Shown: positions 18,694-27,060 of the stretch, in pieces | Position numbering within the stretch: the stretch's first letter is position 1 | Layout: every line of letters starts with the position of its first letter | Assembly (NCBI GenBank): GCA_050287085.1 | Contig: JBNKBE010000002.1 | Location: 160,001-224,000 of the forward strand | Direction of reading: 5' to 3' | DNA length: 64,000 nucleotides | Origin: Polyangiaceae bacterium | GTDB taxonomy: Bacteria; Myxococcota_A; Polyangia; Polyangiales; Polyangiaceae | Notes under the pieces: generated by a model | The model's input: only the letters and a program-made list of their open reading frames with translations | What the model was told of the DNA's origin: nothing | The model's database searches: none | Translations under genes and position numbers: made by a program

Positions 18694-20079
18694 CTAGGCG
18701 AGTGCGGCGAGCTCGGTTACCAGCGCGTCTAGCTGCTGGCGTTCGTGTAGCTCGGTCACCGCGCACAATACCTCGCGTTCTCCCAGGTAGGCGTTCGCCC
18801 TCAACCCGGCTCCGTCCAGTTGGGTATGAAGCGACAGCTCTGCGCGATCCAGTCCGGCGAGCACGTGGCGTTTGGCAAGACGCTCTACTACCTCACGACC
18901 ACTCAGACGATCGTGAGCCCATACGAACTCGTTGAACGTCGCGTCCTCGTCGACGATGGCGCAGTGAGGCAGACGCGCGATTGCCGCCTTGAGGTATTCC
19001 GCCTTGCTAAGACACGCGCTGGCTGTCTGTTTGAAGCCGACCTGCCCCAGCAAGCTGAGGCGAATCGTGAACGCCAGCGCAATCAAGCCCTGATTGGTGC
19101 AGATGTTGCTCGTGGCTCGCTCACGCCGGATGTGCTGTTCGCGCGTTGACAGAGTGAGCACAAACCCAGGCGCCCCCGCTTCGTCCACGGTGCGACCGCA
19201 CACGCGCCCGGGCAGTTGCTGCAGGTACTTTCTCTCATTTCTGCAGGCAAAGAGGCCGAGGTAGGGGCCACCAAAGTTGGTCGTTGAGGCGAGGGCCTGT
19301 CCTTCCCCGGTGGCAATATCGACGCCTTGGTCGCCGGGGGCCTGGGCAACACCGAGTGCGTAGGGCTCGGTCGTGCTGCTGACGACCAGCGCTCCCGTCG
19401 CATGGGCGTTGTCGCACAGCGTTGAGAGGGGACGCAGGGTGCCGCGGAAGGTGGGGTAGCCAACGAGGCAGGCAGCCACTGAGGCGTCGAGCGCTCCATC
19501 AAAAGCCCCCAGATCGCGAACGTCGTCGACGAGCACCACCTCGGCCAGGGCGTCGCCTTCGAGATAGGTGCGAACGACCTGAGCGTAGGCGGGGTGGACG
19601 GATGTCCCGATCAGGATGCGATTGCGTTTGGTCAGGCGCCGGGCCATTTGGGCGCCTTCAGCGAGCGCGCTTGCGCCGTCGTACAAACTTGCGTTGGCCA
19701 GAGGCAGACCCAGAAGCTCGCTGACGAGCGTTTGGAACTCGAAAATGGCCTGCAACGTCCCTTGCGCAACCTCTGGCTGGTATGGAGTGTAGGCCGTGTA
19801 GAACTCGCTTCTGAGCAGCAGCTGACCGACAACGGGTGGAATGTGGTGCTGGTAGGCTCCGGCTCCCAAGAAGCGTGTCATGGCGCTGGCCTCATTGCTC
19901 GAAGCCAACAAGCCCAGCTGTTTCATCAGCCGCGCCTCATCCAAGGCGCTCGGCAGCTTCAGGGGCTCCTTCAGCCGGGCAGCCTCTGGAATGCTATCGA
20001 ATAGCGCATCGAGGTCGGCTGCGCCTATCGTTGCGAGCATCTGCTCGATTTCGGCCGGCGTGTGGGGCAGATAGCGCAC
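18694..20079 (-). CDS. gcvPA: Glycine dehydrogenase subunit 1 (P-protein alpha)
   Basis: MRYLPHT, FLGAGAY, EFYTAYTPYQPEVAQGTLQAIFEFQT, NASLYDG, TREQHIRRERATSNICTNQ. Confidence 0.97.
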   Translation of the reverse strand: MRYLPHTPAEIEQMLATIGAADLDALFDSIPEAARLKEPLKLPSALDEARLMKQLGLLASSNEASAMTRFLGAGAYQHHIPPVVGQLLLRSEFYTAYTPYQPEVAQGTLQAIFEFQTLVSELLGLPLANASLYDGASALAEGAQMARRLTKRNRILIGTSVHPAYAQVVRTYLEGDALAEVVLVDDVRDLGAFDGALDASVAACLVGYPTFRGTLRPLSTLCDNAHATGALVVSSTTEPYALGVAQAPGDQGVDIATGEGQALASTTNFGGPYLGLFACRNERKYLQQLPGRVCGRTVDEAGAPGFVLTLSTREQHIRRERATSNICTNQGLIALAFTIRLSLLGQVGFKQTASACLSKAEYLKAAIARLPHCAIVDEDATFNEFVWAHDRLSGREVVERLAKRHVLAGLDRAELSLHTQLDGAGLRANAYLGEREVLCAVTELHERQQLDALVTELAALA

Positions 20080-20082
20080 GAC

Positions 20083-20484
20083 TTACTCCGAGGTGTCGAT
20101 CAATTCTTGGTACGCAGCGGGCGTGAGCAACTCGTCCAGCGCCGTGGCGGAGTCCGGCTGAAGCCGAAGCATCCAGCCGGCGTCCCAAGCGTCCTCATTG
20201 ACGGTCTCCGGAGCGTCTTCCAGCGCGCTATTGACGGCGACGACGGTCCCCGCGACTGGGGCGAATAGGTCGCTGAGCGTCTTTACACTCTCAATGGTGC
20301 CGAAGACGTCGCCGGCGGCGACACGGGCGCCCGGTTCGACGTCGTAGGTGACCAGGGTAATGTCCCCTAGTTCCCCCACGGCAAAGGCGGTAATGCCGAC
20401 GATGACCTCGGCGCCGTCGAGCCTGGCCCATTCGTGGTCTTTGCTATATCGCAGATCTGGTCTGACTTCCTTGTTTGCGCTCAT
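20083..20484 (-). CDS. gcvH: Glycine cleavage H protein
   Basis: YSKDHEW, VGIT, IESVK (lipoyl Lys), PETVNEDAW; ATGA overlap with gcvT stop. Confidence 0.97.
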   Translation of the reverse strand: MSANKEVRPDLRYSKDHEWARLDGAEVIVGITAFAVGELGDITLVTYDVEPGARVAAGDVFGTIESVKTLSDLFAPVAGTVVAVNSALEDAPETVNEDAWDAGWMLRLQPDSATALDELLTPAAYQELIDTSE

Positions 20485-21548
20485 AGGGGGGTCCTTCGGT
20501 AGAACGGTGTCGCGACGACGGCAGCAGCGACCTTGCGCCCGCGACAATCAACCAGCAGTGGGCAGCCGAGTGCCTTCATCTTTGTTGGAACATAACCGAG
20601 TCCAATGTTCTTGCCCAGGGTCGGCGCAGGTGAGCCGGATGTGCACTTGCCGACCACGGCGCCCTGCTCATCGAGCAGGGGGTAGCCGGCCCGCGCGATC
20701 CCTCTTCCCTGCATCTCGAAGCCCACTAGAACTCGCGTCGGGCCGTTGGCCTTCTGCACCTGCAGTGCTTCGCGACCGAGAAAGTCGTGCCCCCACTTGA
20801 TCGTCCAGCCGATACCACCCTCGAGGGGACTGGTCGATTCGTCGATATCGTTGCCGTAGAGGCAGAGAGCGGCCTCCAGGCGCAGGGTATCGCGGGCGGC
20901 GAGTCCTGCGGGCGTGGCTCCCGCAGCGGTGATGTTATGCCACAGCTCCACAGCTTGGTCGGGAGGGCAGAACACCTCAAAGCCGTCTTCGCCAGTATAC
21001 CCGGTGCGGGCGGCCCGTGCCCCGTCATGGGTGACGATCGAGAAGCGACGTGAGGCCTGCGCCCACGGCAGCAAACGCTGGACCAGCGCGACGGCTTCAG
21101 GGCCTTGGATGGCGAGCAACGCGGTGTCGGCACTCTCGTCGTCGAAGTCGACCGTGTTGGGCAGCCGAGCTTCGAAGTGTGCGGCGATCTTTGCACGATT
21201 GGAAGCGTTGCAGACGATGAGAACCTCTTCCTCACCGAGTCGGTACACGATCAGGTCGTCCAGAATGCCGCCATCTTCACGACACGCGCAGCAATACGCG
21301 CCACGACCAGGCAGGATTGCAGCCACGTCGGCGGTCACGAGCCCTCCTACGAGTTCGGCCGCGCCGGGGCCCCGCACCACGAGCTCACCCATGTGCGAAA
21401 CGTCGAATACTCCGACGGACTCCCGGACCGCCTTATGCTCGCTCACGAGTCCGGCGTACTGAATCGGCATCTCCCAGCCGGCAAAGTCGACCAGGCGGGC
21501 GCCACTGTCTCGGTGCACCGAGTTAAGCGGAGTTGTTTGCAGTCCCAT
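20481..21548 (-). CDS. gcvT: Aminomethyltransferase (T protein)
   Basis: FAGWEMPIQY, FDVSHMG, RTGYTGEDGFE, GLAARDTLRLEA, TPFY. Confidence 0.97.
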   Translation of the reverse strand: MGLQTTPLNSVHRDSGARLVDFAGWEMPIQYAGLVSEHKAVRESVGVFDVSHMGELVVRGPGAAELVGGLVTADVAAILPGRGAYCCACREDGGILDDLIVYRLGEEEVLIVCNASNRAKIAAHFEARLPNTVDFDDESADTALLAIQGPEAVALVQRLLPWAQASRRFSIVTHDGARAARTGYTGEDGFEVFCPPDQAVELWHNITAAGATPAGLAARDTLRLEAALCLYGNDIDESTSPLEGGIGWTIKWGHDFLGREALQVQKANGPTRVLVGFEMQGRGIARAGYPLLDEQGAVVGKCTSGSPAPTLGKNIGLGYVPTKMKALGCPLLVDCRGRKVAAAVVATPFYRRTPL

Positions 21549-21554
21549 GGCGCG

Positions 21555-21583
21555 TGTGTAGCCCAACCCAGGAGCGGGCTCAA
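21555..21583 (-). promoter_or_regulatory. Putative leaderless sigma70 promoter of gcvT (TTGAGC-17-TACACA)
   Basis: -10 ends 6 nt before ATG 21548. Confidence 0.5.
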
Positions 21584-21715
21584 TGGTGCACCCGGGCATC
21601 GCGCGTCGGGGCGGGGGGGCGACGACAGAAGTTCGGGCAGGGGGCCGCAACTCGGGGGGCTTGGGGCCCAGGTCCGGCGTGGTCGCGCAATACCTGGGCG
21701 CGCTCGTTTCCCGCG

Positions 21716-23866
21716 TCAGCGGCTGGAGCTGTCGGAGCTAGCGACGTGGATACGTCCATCGTTCTGCGCGACGCTTTGCAGCCACCACGTCGTACGGGCT
21801 GCATTCTGGGGTTGTCCAAGCAGGTAACCCTGTAGGTAGCCGCATTGATGGTGTGCAAGAAACTCCAATTGCTGCTGAGTCTCGACGCCTTCTGCCACAA
21901 CGTCCAAGCAGAGACTTCGACCCAGAGCGATGACCGCCGACGCCAATGTGCTCGAGTTGCTTTCGTCGCCGGCCACTCCCTGCAGGAACGAACGATCGAT
22001 CTTGAGCGCATCGATCGGGAAAGTCTTTAGGTACGCCAGGGACGAATAGCCCGTACCGAAGTCGTCGATAGCAATGCGGACGCCCAACTGTCGCAGCTGC
22101 TCAAAGCTGTCACGCGTTCGCTCGGTGTCACGCATCAGCACCGTTTCGGTGATTTCCAGTTCCAGGTCACGACCACTCAGGTTGTGGTCCACGAGTGAAT
22201 GAGTCACGGAGTCCACGAAACCGGGAGCCTCGAACTGTCTAGCTGAGATATTCACAGCTGCCCGCAGCTTGAAGCGACTGCTCGCGTTCCAAGCTTTTAC
22301 CTGCGCGCAGGCTTGGCGCAGGACCCATTCTCCAAGGGGTACGATGAGTCCCGTCTCTTCGAGAATGCTCATGAAGGCTTGCGGGCGAAGGAGTTGCCCA
22401 GAAGGATGTCGCCAGCGCACTAGGGCTTCCATGGCTACGGGCCTCAGGGTGCGCGCATCGAGCTGTGGCTGGTAGTGAACGATGAAGTCCTCGTTTTCCA
22501 CCGCGTCTCGCAGACAGCTTTCTAGCTCAATTTGCTTGACGGCCTGTGCGTGTAGCTCCTTGCTGAAGAACTGATAGTTATCGCGCCCCGTTTGCTTTGC
22601 GCGGTACATGGCCGAGTCCGCGCACTTGAGTAGGTCGTCAGCATGCTCTCCGTTATGTGGAAACATTGCGATGCCAATGCTCGTAGTGGTCACGACCTCC
22701 CCGCCATTGAGACGAAACGGAGTCGCAAACGAATTGAGCACTCGACCGGCTAGCAGCGTTGCCTCTTCATTTCGGTCCAGGTCTTCCAGCACGATGGCAA
22801 ACTCGTCACCCCCGAGTCGCGCGACCGTGTCAGTTGTGCGCACGCTGCCGAGCAGCCGGGCGGCAACGTGTTGCAGGAGTTGGTCTCCTGCGTCGTGACC
22901 GAGGGTGTCATTGACGAGTTTGAAGCGGTCGAGGTCCAGGAAGAAGACGGCGACCTGAGCATGTTTTCGTTGGGCGCGGGCTATGGCCTGCTGGACTCGT
23001 TCCCCCAGCAGTTTGCGGTTTGCTAGCCCGGTCAGCTGATCGTGGTGTGCTATGTGGGCCAGCCGGTCCTCGGCTCGCTTGCGTTCGATGGCGTGCTGGA
23101 CGGAACGAACTAGAAGATTGGGTTCTAGCTCAGACTGAAGCATGAAGTCTTGCGCCCCTGCTTGCACGGCGGCTACGCTAAGCGAGTCATCATCGGTGTT
23201 GCTGACGGCGATAATCGGCGCCGAGGGTTGGCTGCCTAGCAATCGTGCGATGGTCTCGCTGCTCTCGGTTGGGTCGTCCAGAGAAACGAGAACGACATCA
23301 ACAGGCGAGTGTTCGAGCCGCTCAAGAGCGGCTCCTAGCTGCGGAAGTTGCTCGACCGAGAAGCGTACGCGAGCACTTCGGTGCAGCAGCTGTTCGAGTT
23401 TATGGCCACGGCCGCTGTCGGCGTCGAGCACTACGACCTTGAGTGTCGCCTCCTGATTGCAGAGCGGTCCGCCTGGGGGTCGAATCGAACTGGCGTGTTC
23501 TCCCAATGCGGCTTTCAGTTGCGCCGCCAGGACTTCGGGACGCCAAGGCTTGCGGGCCACGTGGCGGATGCCGAGTGCCGGCAGGTCCAGCCCGCTCAGC
23601 GTGTGGTCTCCGGCGCCCGTTACGAGCATGCAAGTGGGTCCCTGAGCACGTCGTCGCAGTTCCGATACCAGCCGCACGCCGTCCACGTTGGGCATGTGGA
23701 GGTCCGCCGCGAGGACAGCGTAGGGATAGCGTTGGGCGAGCTCGAGGGCTTCTTCGCCGGATTCAGCTACGTCTACAATGAAGCCGCTCTGACGCATTTC
23801 GCGTGCAAAAGACCGGCGGCAGAGGGCATCGTCGTCGACGTATAGGATGCGCTGAGTGGGGAGCAT
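21716..23866 (-). CDS. REC-pseudoREC-GGDEF-EAL c-di-GMP enzyme
   Basis: REC1 (VDDD, ADLHMP, KPW); degenerate REC2; HDQLTGLANR; RTTD I-site with GGDEF; EALVRW, DDFGTGYSS, EGVE. Confidence 0.95.
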   Translation of the reverse strand: MLPTQRILYVDDDALCRRSFAREMRQSGFIVDVAESGEEALELAQRYPYAVLAADLHMPNVDGVRLVSELRRRAQGPTCMLVTGAGDHTLSGLDLPALGIRHVARKPWRPEVLAAQLKAALGEHASSIRPPGGPLCNQEATLKVVVLDADSGRGHKLEQLLHRSARVRFSVEQLPQLGAALERLEHSPVDVVLVSLDDPTESSETIARLLGSQPSAPIIAVSNTDDDSLSVAAVQAGAQDFMLQSELEPNLLVRSVQHAIERKRAEDRLAHIAHHDQLTGLANRKLLGERVQQAIARAQRKHAQVAVFFLDLDRFKLVNDTLGHDAGDQLLQHVAARLLGSVRTTDTVARLGGDEFAIVLEDLDRNEEATLLAGRVLNSFATPFRLNGGEVVTTTSIGIAMFPHNGEHADDLLKCADSAMYRAKQTGRDNYQFFSKELHAQAVKQIELESCLRDAVENEDFIVHYQPQLDARTLRPVAMEALVRWRHPSGQLLRPQAFMSILEETGLIVPLGEWVLRQACAQVKAWNASSRFKLRAAVNISARQFEAPGFVDSVTHSLVDHNLSGRDLELEITETVLMRDTERTRDSFEQLRQLGVRIAIDDFGTGYSSLAYLKTFPIDALKIDRSFLQGVAGDESNSSTLASAVIALGRSLCLDVVAEGVETQQQLEFLAHHQCGYLQGYLLGQPQNAARTTWWLQSVAQNDGRIHVASSDSSSR

Positions 23867-23906
23867 GGGGGACAATGAGCGTGGTGTGCGACAGACCTCA
23901 GTCGTG

Positions 23907-23934
23907 TTAACGACTCGAAATAGAGGAAACTTGA
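23907..23934 (-). promoter_or_regulatory. Sigma28/FliA-like promoter TCAAGTTT-12-GTCGTTAA (GGDEF-EAL gene)
   Basis: Resembles the FliA consensus TAAAGTTT-N11-GCCGATAA; 40 nt upstream of ATG. Confidence 0.55.
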
Positions 23935-24152
23935 CCCACCTAAGCGATACCCTCGGGGGAACGAAGCGTGGGGCTCCAGAGTGGGACTGCGCCATGGAAT
24001 TGACGCGCGGCGGAGCTAGCGCCAATGCGGCCTCCCCTGGGTGTTGTTGTCTGTGTGACGGGCGTGGCAGAAGTGGGTGAATGCCTGACAGGAACTCTGG
24101 CTTCCGACGCCGCCGCGATACAGCCGCTGGCCTTGCCGCTTGCGAATAAGGG

Positions 24153-24179
24153 TAAAGCTGCGGACCTCCTCGCCGTTAT
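24153..24179 (+). promoter_or_regulatory. Sigma28/FliA-like promoter TAAAGCTG-11-GCCGTTAT (cheA operon)
   Basis: Canonical TAAA-N15-GCCG geometry, 44 nt upstream of cheA ATG. Confidence 0.65.
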
Positions 24180-24223
24180 CGTGGGGACAGGGCAGTGAGG
24201 TAGCTGTCGCAACGAGCGAGCCA

Positions 24224-26518
24224 ATGGTGGACGGAAACGAAGAAATCATCGCCGAGTTTGTCGCCGAGTCACGCGAATCGCTGGAGGACGTCGAGCCAGT
24301 TATCGTGCGGCTTGAGGGATTGGCTGCCGACTCGGACGAGCTGGCGCTGATCTTTCGCTGCTTTCACTCTTTCAAAGGAACGGCTTCATTTGTTGGCCTC
24401 GACGTCACGAGTCGGCTGGCCCACGTCGCTGAGAGCTTGCTCGATCTGATGCGCAAGGGCGTATGCGAGATCAGAAAGCCCCACGTCGACGTCTTGTGCA
24501 AGACGCTGGATGCCTTTCGTCTGATACTCGACGAGATAGAGACGACGCAGAGCGACCTTGGTATGGCGGAAGCGTCGGCGGTCTTGGGCGGGGAGTTGGC
24601 CGAGCTCGTTGCGGAAGCGAAGGGCGAACGTGCTTCGACCGAGGCCGAAGCGACTTCGGAGGAGCCATCGCCAGCAGAATCTCAGACCGTCCAAGGTGAT
24701 GAGCCAGAGGCGGCGATGGAGCCAGCCCCAGAAACTCCACTGTCGGTAGTCGTGCCCTCGACGGACGAACTTCCGGAGGTGGATATGACAGCCGACATTG
24801 ACCCCTTGTCTTTGGCGAACCTAGAGATCGATATCTCCGAGGAATTGCTCACACGATTTGTCGCCGAGAGCGAAGAGCACCTAGCGACGGTCGAAGAGAC
24901 GCTTGTCGCTCTCGAAGCCGAGCAGGCCGACCCGGACCAGGTCGCAGCGGCCTTTCGCGCCGTGCATTCGTTCAAGGGTAACGCGGCCATCTGTGGCTTT
25001 GATGAGATGAGCGAGCTCACTCATCTCGCCGAAACGCTATTTGGTGAGCTGCAGTCGGGAGCGAGGCCCGCGACTCCGCCGGTCATTACGCTTCTGCTCG
25101 AGTTGTTGGATGCGCTCCGAGGTGCGCTAGCCAAGATTCCGGGGGGCGACGGACGGATCGCAGGAGCGGAGACCTGGCGCCAGCGATTCGCGGCTATCGA
25201 GGCGGCGAAAGTTCCGACCCAGCCTCCTTTGCTAGCGGCCAATGATCTTCAGGTCGACGTCGACGAGGAGACCGCTGGAGAGCCCGGAGACGCAGCCGGG
25301 CCAAACCGGCGCCGCGACGGCGCGGAGAAGAAAGCGAGCGGGCGGACTGCCAGCAGCATTCGTGTGGATACGGGCAAGCTGGATGAGCTGATGAACCTCG
25401 TCGGTGAGTTGATCATTGCCGAGACGACGGTCACGAGAAACCCGGATCTTGACGGCTACGAGTTTGAGAACTTCCAGAAGGCCGCCCTGAACCTCAATCG
25501 GATTACGCGCTCGTTGCAAGACATTGCGATGCAGGTTCGCATGATTCCGATTGCGACGACCTTTCGCAAGATGATCCGCCTCGTGCGTGACGTGTCGGCG
25601 AAACAAGGCAAGCATGTAGACTTGACCACCATCGGAGAAGAAACCGAGGTGGACAAGACCGTCGTCGAGTCCATCAGCGACCCGCTTGTTCACATCATCC
25701 GCAATGCGGTCGACCACGGCATCGAGTCCGCCGAGGACCGGAGGCGAGCAGGCAAGAACACACAGGGACATGTGTGGCTTGAAGCGCGCCATCAAGGGGG
25801 AGAGGTTTGGATTACCATCCGTGACGATGGCAAGGGCTTGGACCCGGAGCGATTGCTGAACAAGGCGATCGACCGAAAGATCGCCGACCCAGCTCGCAAG
25901 TACAGTGAGCGAGAGATCTTCGACTTCATCTTCGCCGCCGGCTTTTCTACAGCCGAGAAGGTCACCGATATCTCGGGGCGCGGCGTCGGCATGGACGTCG
26001 TGCGTCGGAACATCGAGGCCGTGGGGGGCAGGGTCGAAGTTTATAGCAAGGTCGGGGAGGGGACGACTTTCAACCTTCGCATTCCTCTGACGCTCGCGAT
26101 CATCGAAGGAATGTTGGTACGCGTAGGGCGCTCGTACTACACCATTCCGCTGCTATCGATTCAGGAATCGGTAAAGGCCGTGTCGAAGGACGTTCTGGTC
26201 ACTTCTGACGGTTATGAAATGCTGCGATTGCGAAATCGTCACTATCCGATCATTCGCTTGCAGCGTGTACACAAGATAGGGACCGGGGTCGAAGACCTGT
26301 ATGCGGGTACTCTGGTGATCGTGGAGTCTGATGAGCGCGTTGCGTGCGTCCTCGTAGACGAAGTTGTCGGACAGTGCCAGACGGTTATTAAGCCGCTGCC
26401 AGACTACCTGAAGCGGGTCAGCGGACTGAGCGGCTGTTCCATTCTGCACAATGGTGAGATTAGTCTGATTTTGGACGTGGCAGGCGTGATTGGAGCCACG
26501 CAGGCAACGGCGGCCTGA
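24224..26518 (+). CDS. cheA: Chemotaxis histidine kinase CheA with two Hpt domains
   Basis: IFRCFHSFKG and AFRAVHSFKG; SIRVDTGKLDELMNLVGELII; HIIRNAVDHGIE; DDGKG; GFSTA; SGRGVGMDVV; PLTLAI. Confidence 0.96.
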   Translation: MVDGNEEIIAEFVAESRESLEDVEPVIVRLEGLAADSDELALIFRCFHSFKGTASFVGLDVTSRLAHVAESLLDLMRKGVCEIRKPHVDVLCKTLDAFRLILDEIETTQSDLGMAEASAVLGGELAELVAEAKGERASTEAEATSEEPSPAESQTVQGDEPEAAMEPAPETPLSVVVPSTDELPEVDMTADIDPLSLANLEIDISEELLTRFVAESEEHLATVEETLVALEAEQADPDQVAAAFRAVHSFKGNAAICGFDEMSELTHLAETLFGELQSGARPATPPVITLLLELLDALRGALAKIPGGDGRIAGAETWRQRFAAIEAAKVPTQPPLLAANDLQVDVDEETAGEPGDAAGPNRRRDGAEKKASGRTASSIRVDTGKLDELMNLVGELIIAETTVTRNPDLDGYEFENFQKAALNLNRITRSLQDIAMQVRMIPIATTFRKMIRLVRDVSAKQGKHVDLTTIGEETEVDKTVVESISDPLVHIIRNAVDHGIESAEDRRRAGKNTQGHVWLEARHQGGEVWITIRDDGKGLDPERLLNKAIDRKIADPARKYSEREIFDFIFAAGFSTAEKVTDISGRGVGMDVVRRNIEAVGGRVEVYSKVGEGTTFNLRIPLTLAIIEGMLVRVGRSYYTIPLLSIQESVKAVSKDVLVTSDGYEMLRLRNRHYPIIRLQRVHKIGTGVEDLYAGTLVIVESDERVACVLVDEVVGQCQTVIKPLPDYLKRVSGLSGCSILHNGEISLILDVAGVIGATQATAA

Positions 26519-26529
26519 GGAGTACAGAG

Positions 26530-27036
26530 ATGTCCGAAGAAGAAGAAGATACGAAAGAGCTCGAAGAAGATGGCGCAAAGTACCTGACGTTCGTCATCGG
26601 CGACGTCTCGTACGGGTTGGATCTAGGGACCGTCACGGAGATCATCGGTCTCCAGAACATAACGCCAGTTCCAGATGTTCCGGACTGCGTCCGCGGAGTG
26701 ATAAACTTGCGCGGTAAGGTGATCCCCGTCATGGACGTGCGTGCCCGTTTCAACCTAGAAACCCAGGCCTATCACGATCGAACCTGCATCATTGTCATAG
26801 AAGTCAACGGATCGAGCGTTGGACTGGTCGTGGACGCCGTATCCGAGGTGCTGAGCGTGGCCGACGAGGACATCGAGCCGCCTCCCGCGGTTGGGTTGGG
26901 GCTGGAGAGCCGATGTATCTCGGGACTTGGAAAGGTGGGCGACGAGGTGAAGTTGATCTTGGATGCAGGAATTCTAATTGAAGTGGACGGCGGTGCGCCT
27001 CAGACGGCCCAAGATGCTACAGCTGCGGAAGCGTAG
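26530..27036 (+). CDS. cheW: CheW coupling protein
   Basis: YLTF, ITPVP, GVINLRGKVIPVMD, GLVVDAVSEV. Confidence 0.97.
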   Translation: MSEEEEDTKELEEDGAKYLTFVIGDVSYGLDLGTVTEIIGLQNITPVPDVPDCVRGVINLRGKVIPVMDVRARFNLETQAYHDRTCIIVIEVNGSSVGLVVDAVSEVLSVADEDIEPPPAVGLGLESRCISGLGKVGDEVKLILDAGILIEVDGGAPQTAQDATAAEA

Positions 27037-27060
27037 AGAAGAGACGTTGGAGTGAACCCA

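Noticed and set aside
21549..21715. Glycine riboswitch before gcvT
   Set aside because: No GGAGA/CCGAAG/CTCTCAGG core; the promoter appears leaderless.
24128..24144. Sigma54 promoter TGGCCTTGCCGCTTGC before cheA
   Set aside because: GG-GC spacing is 11 rather than the required 10.
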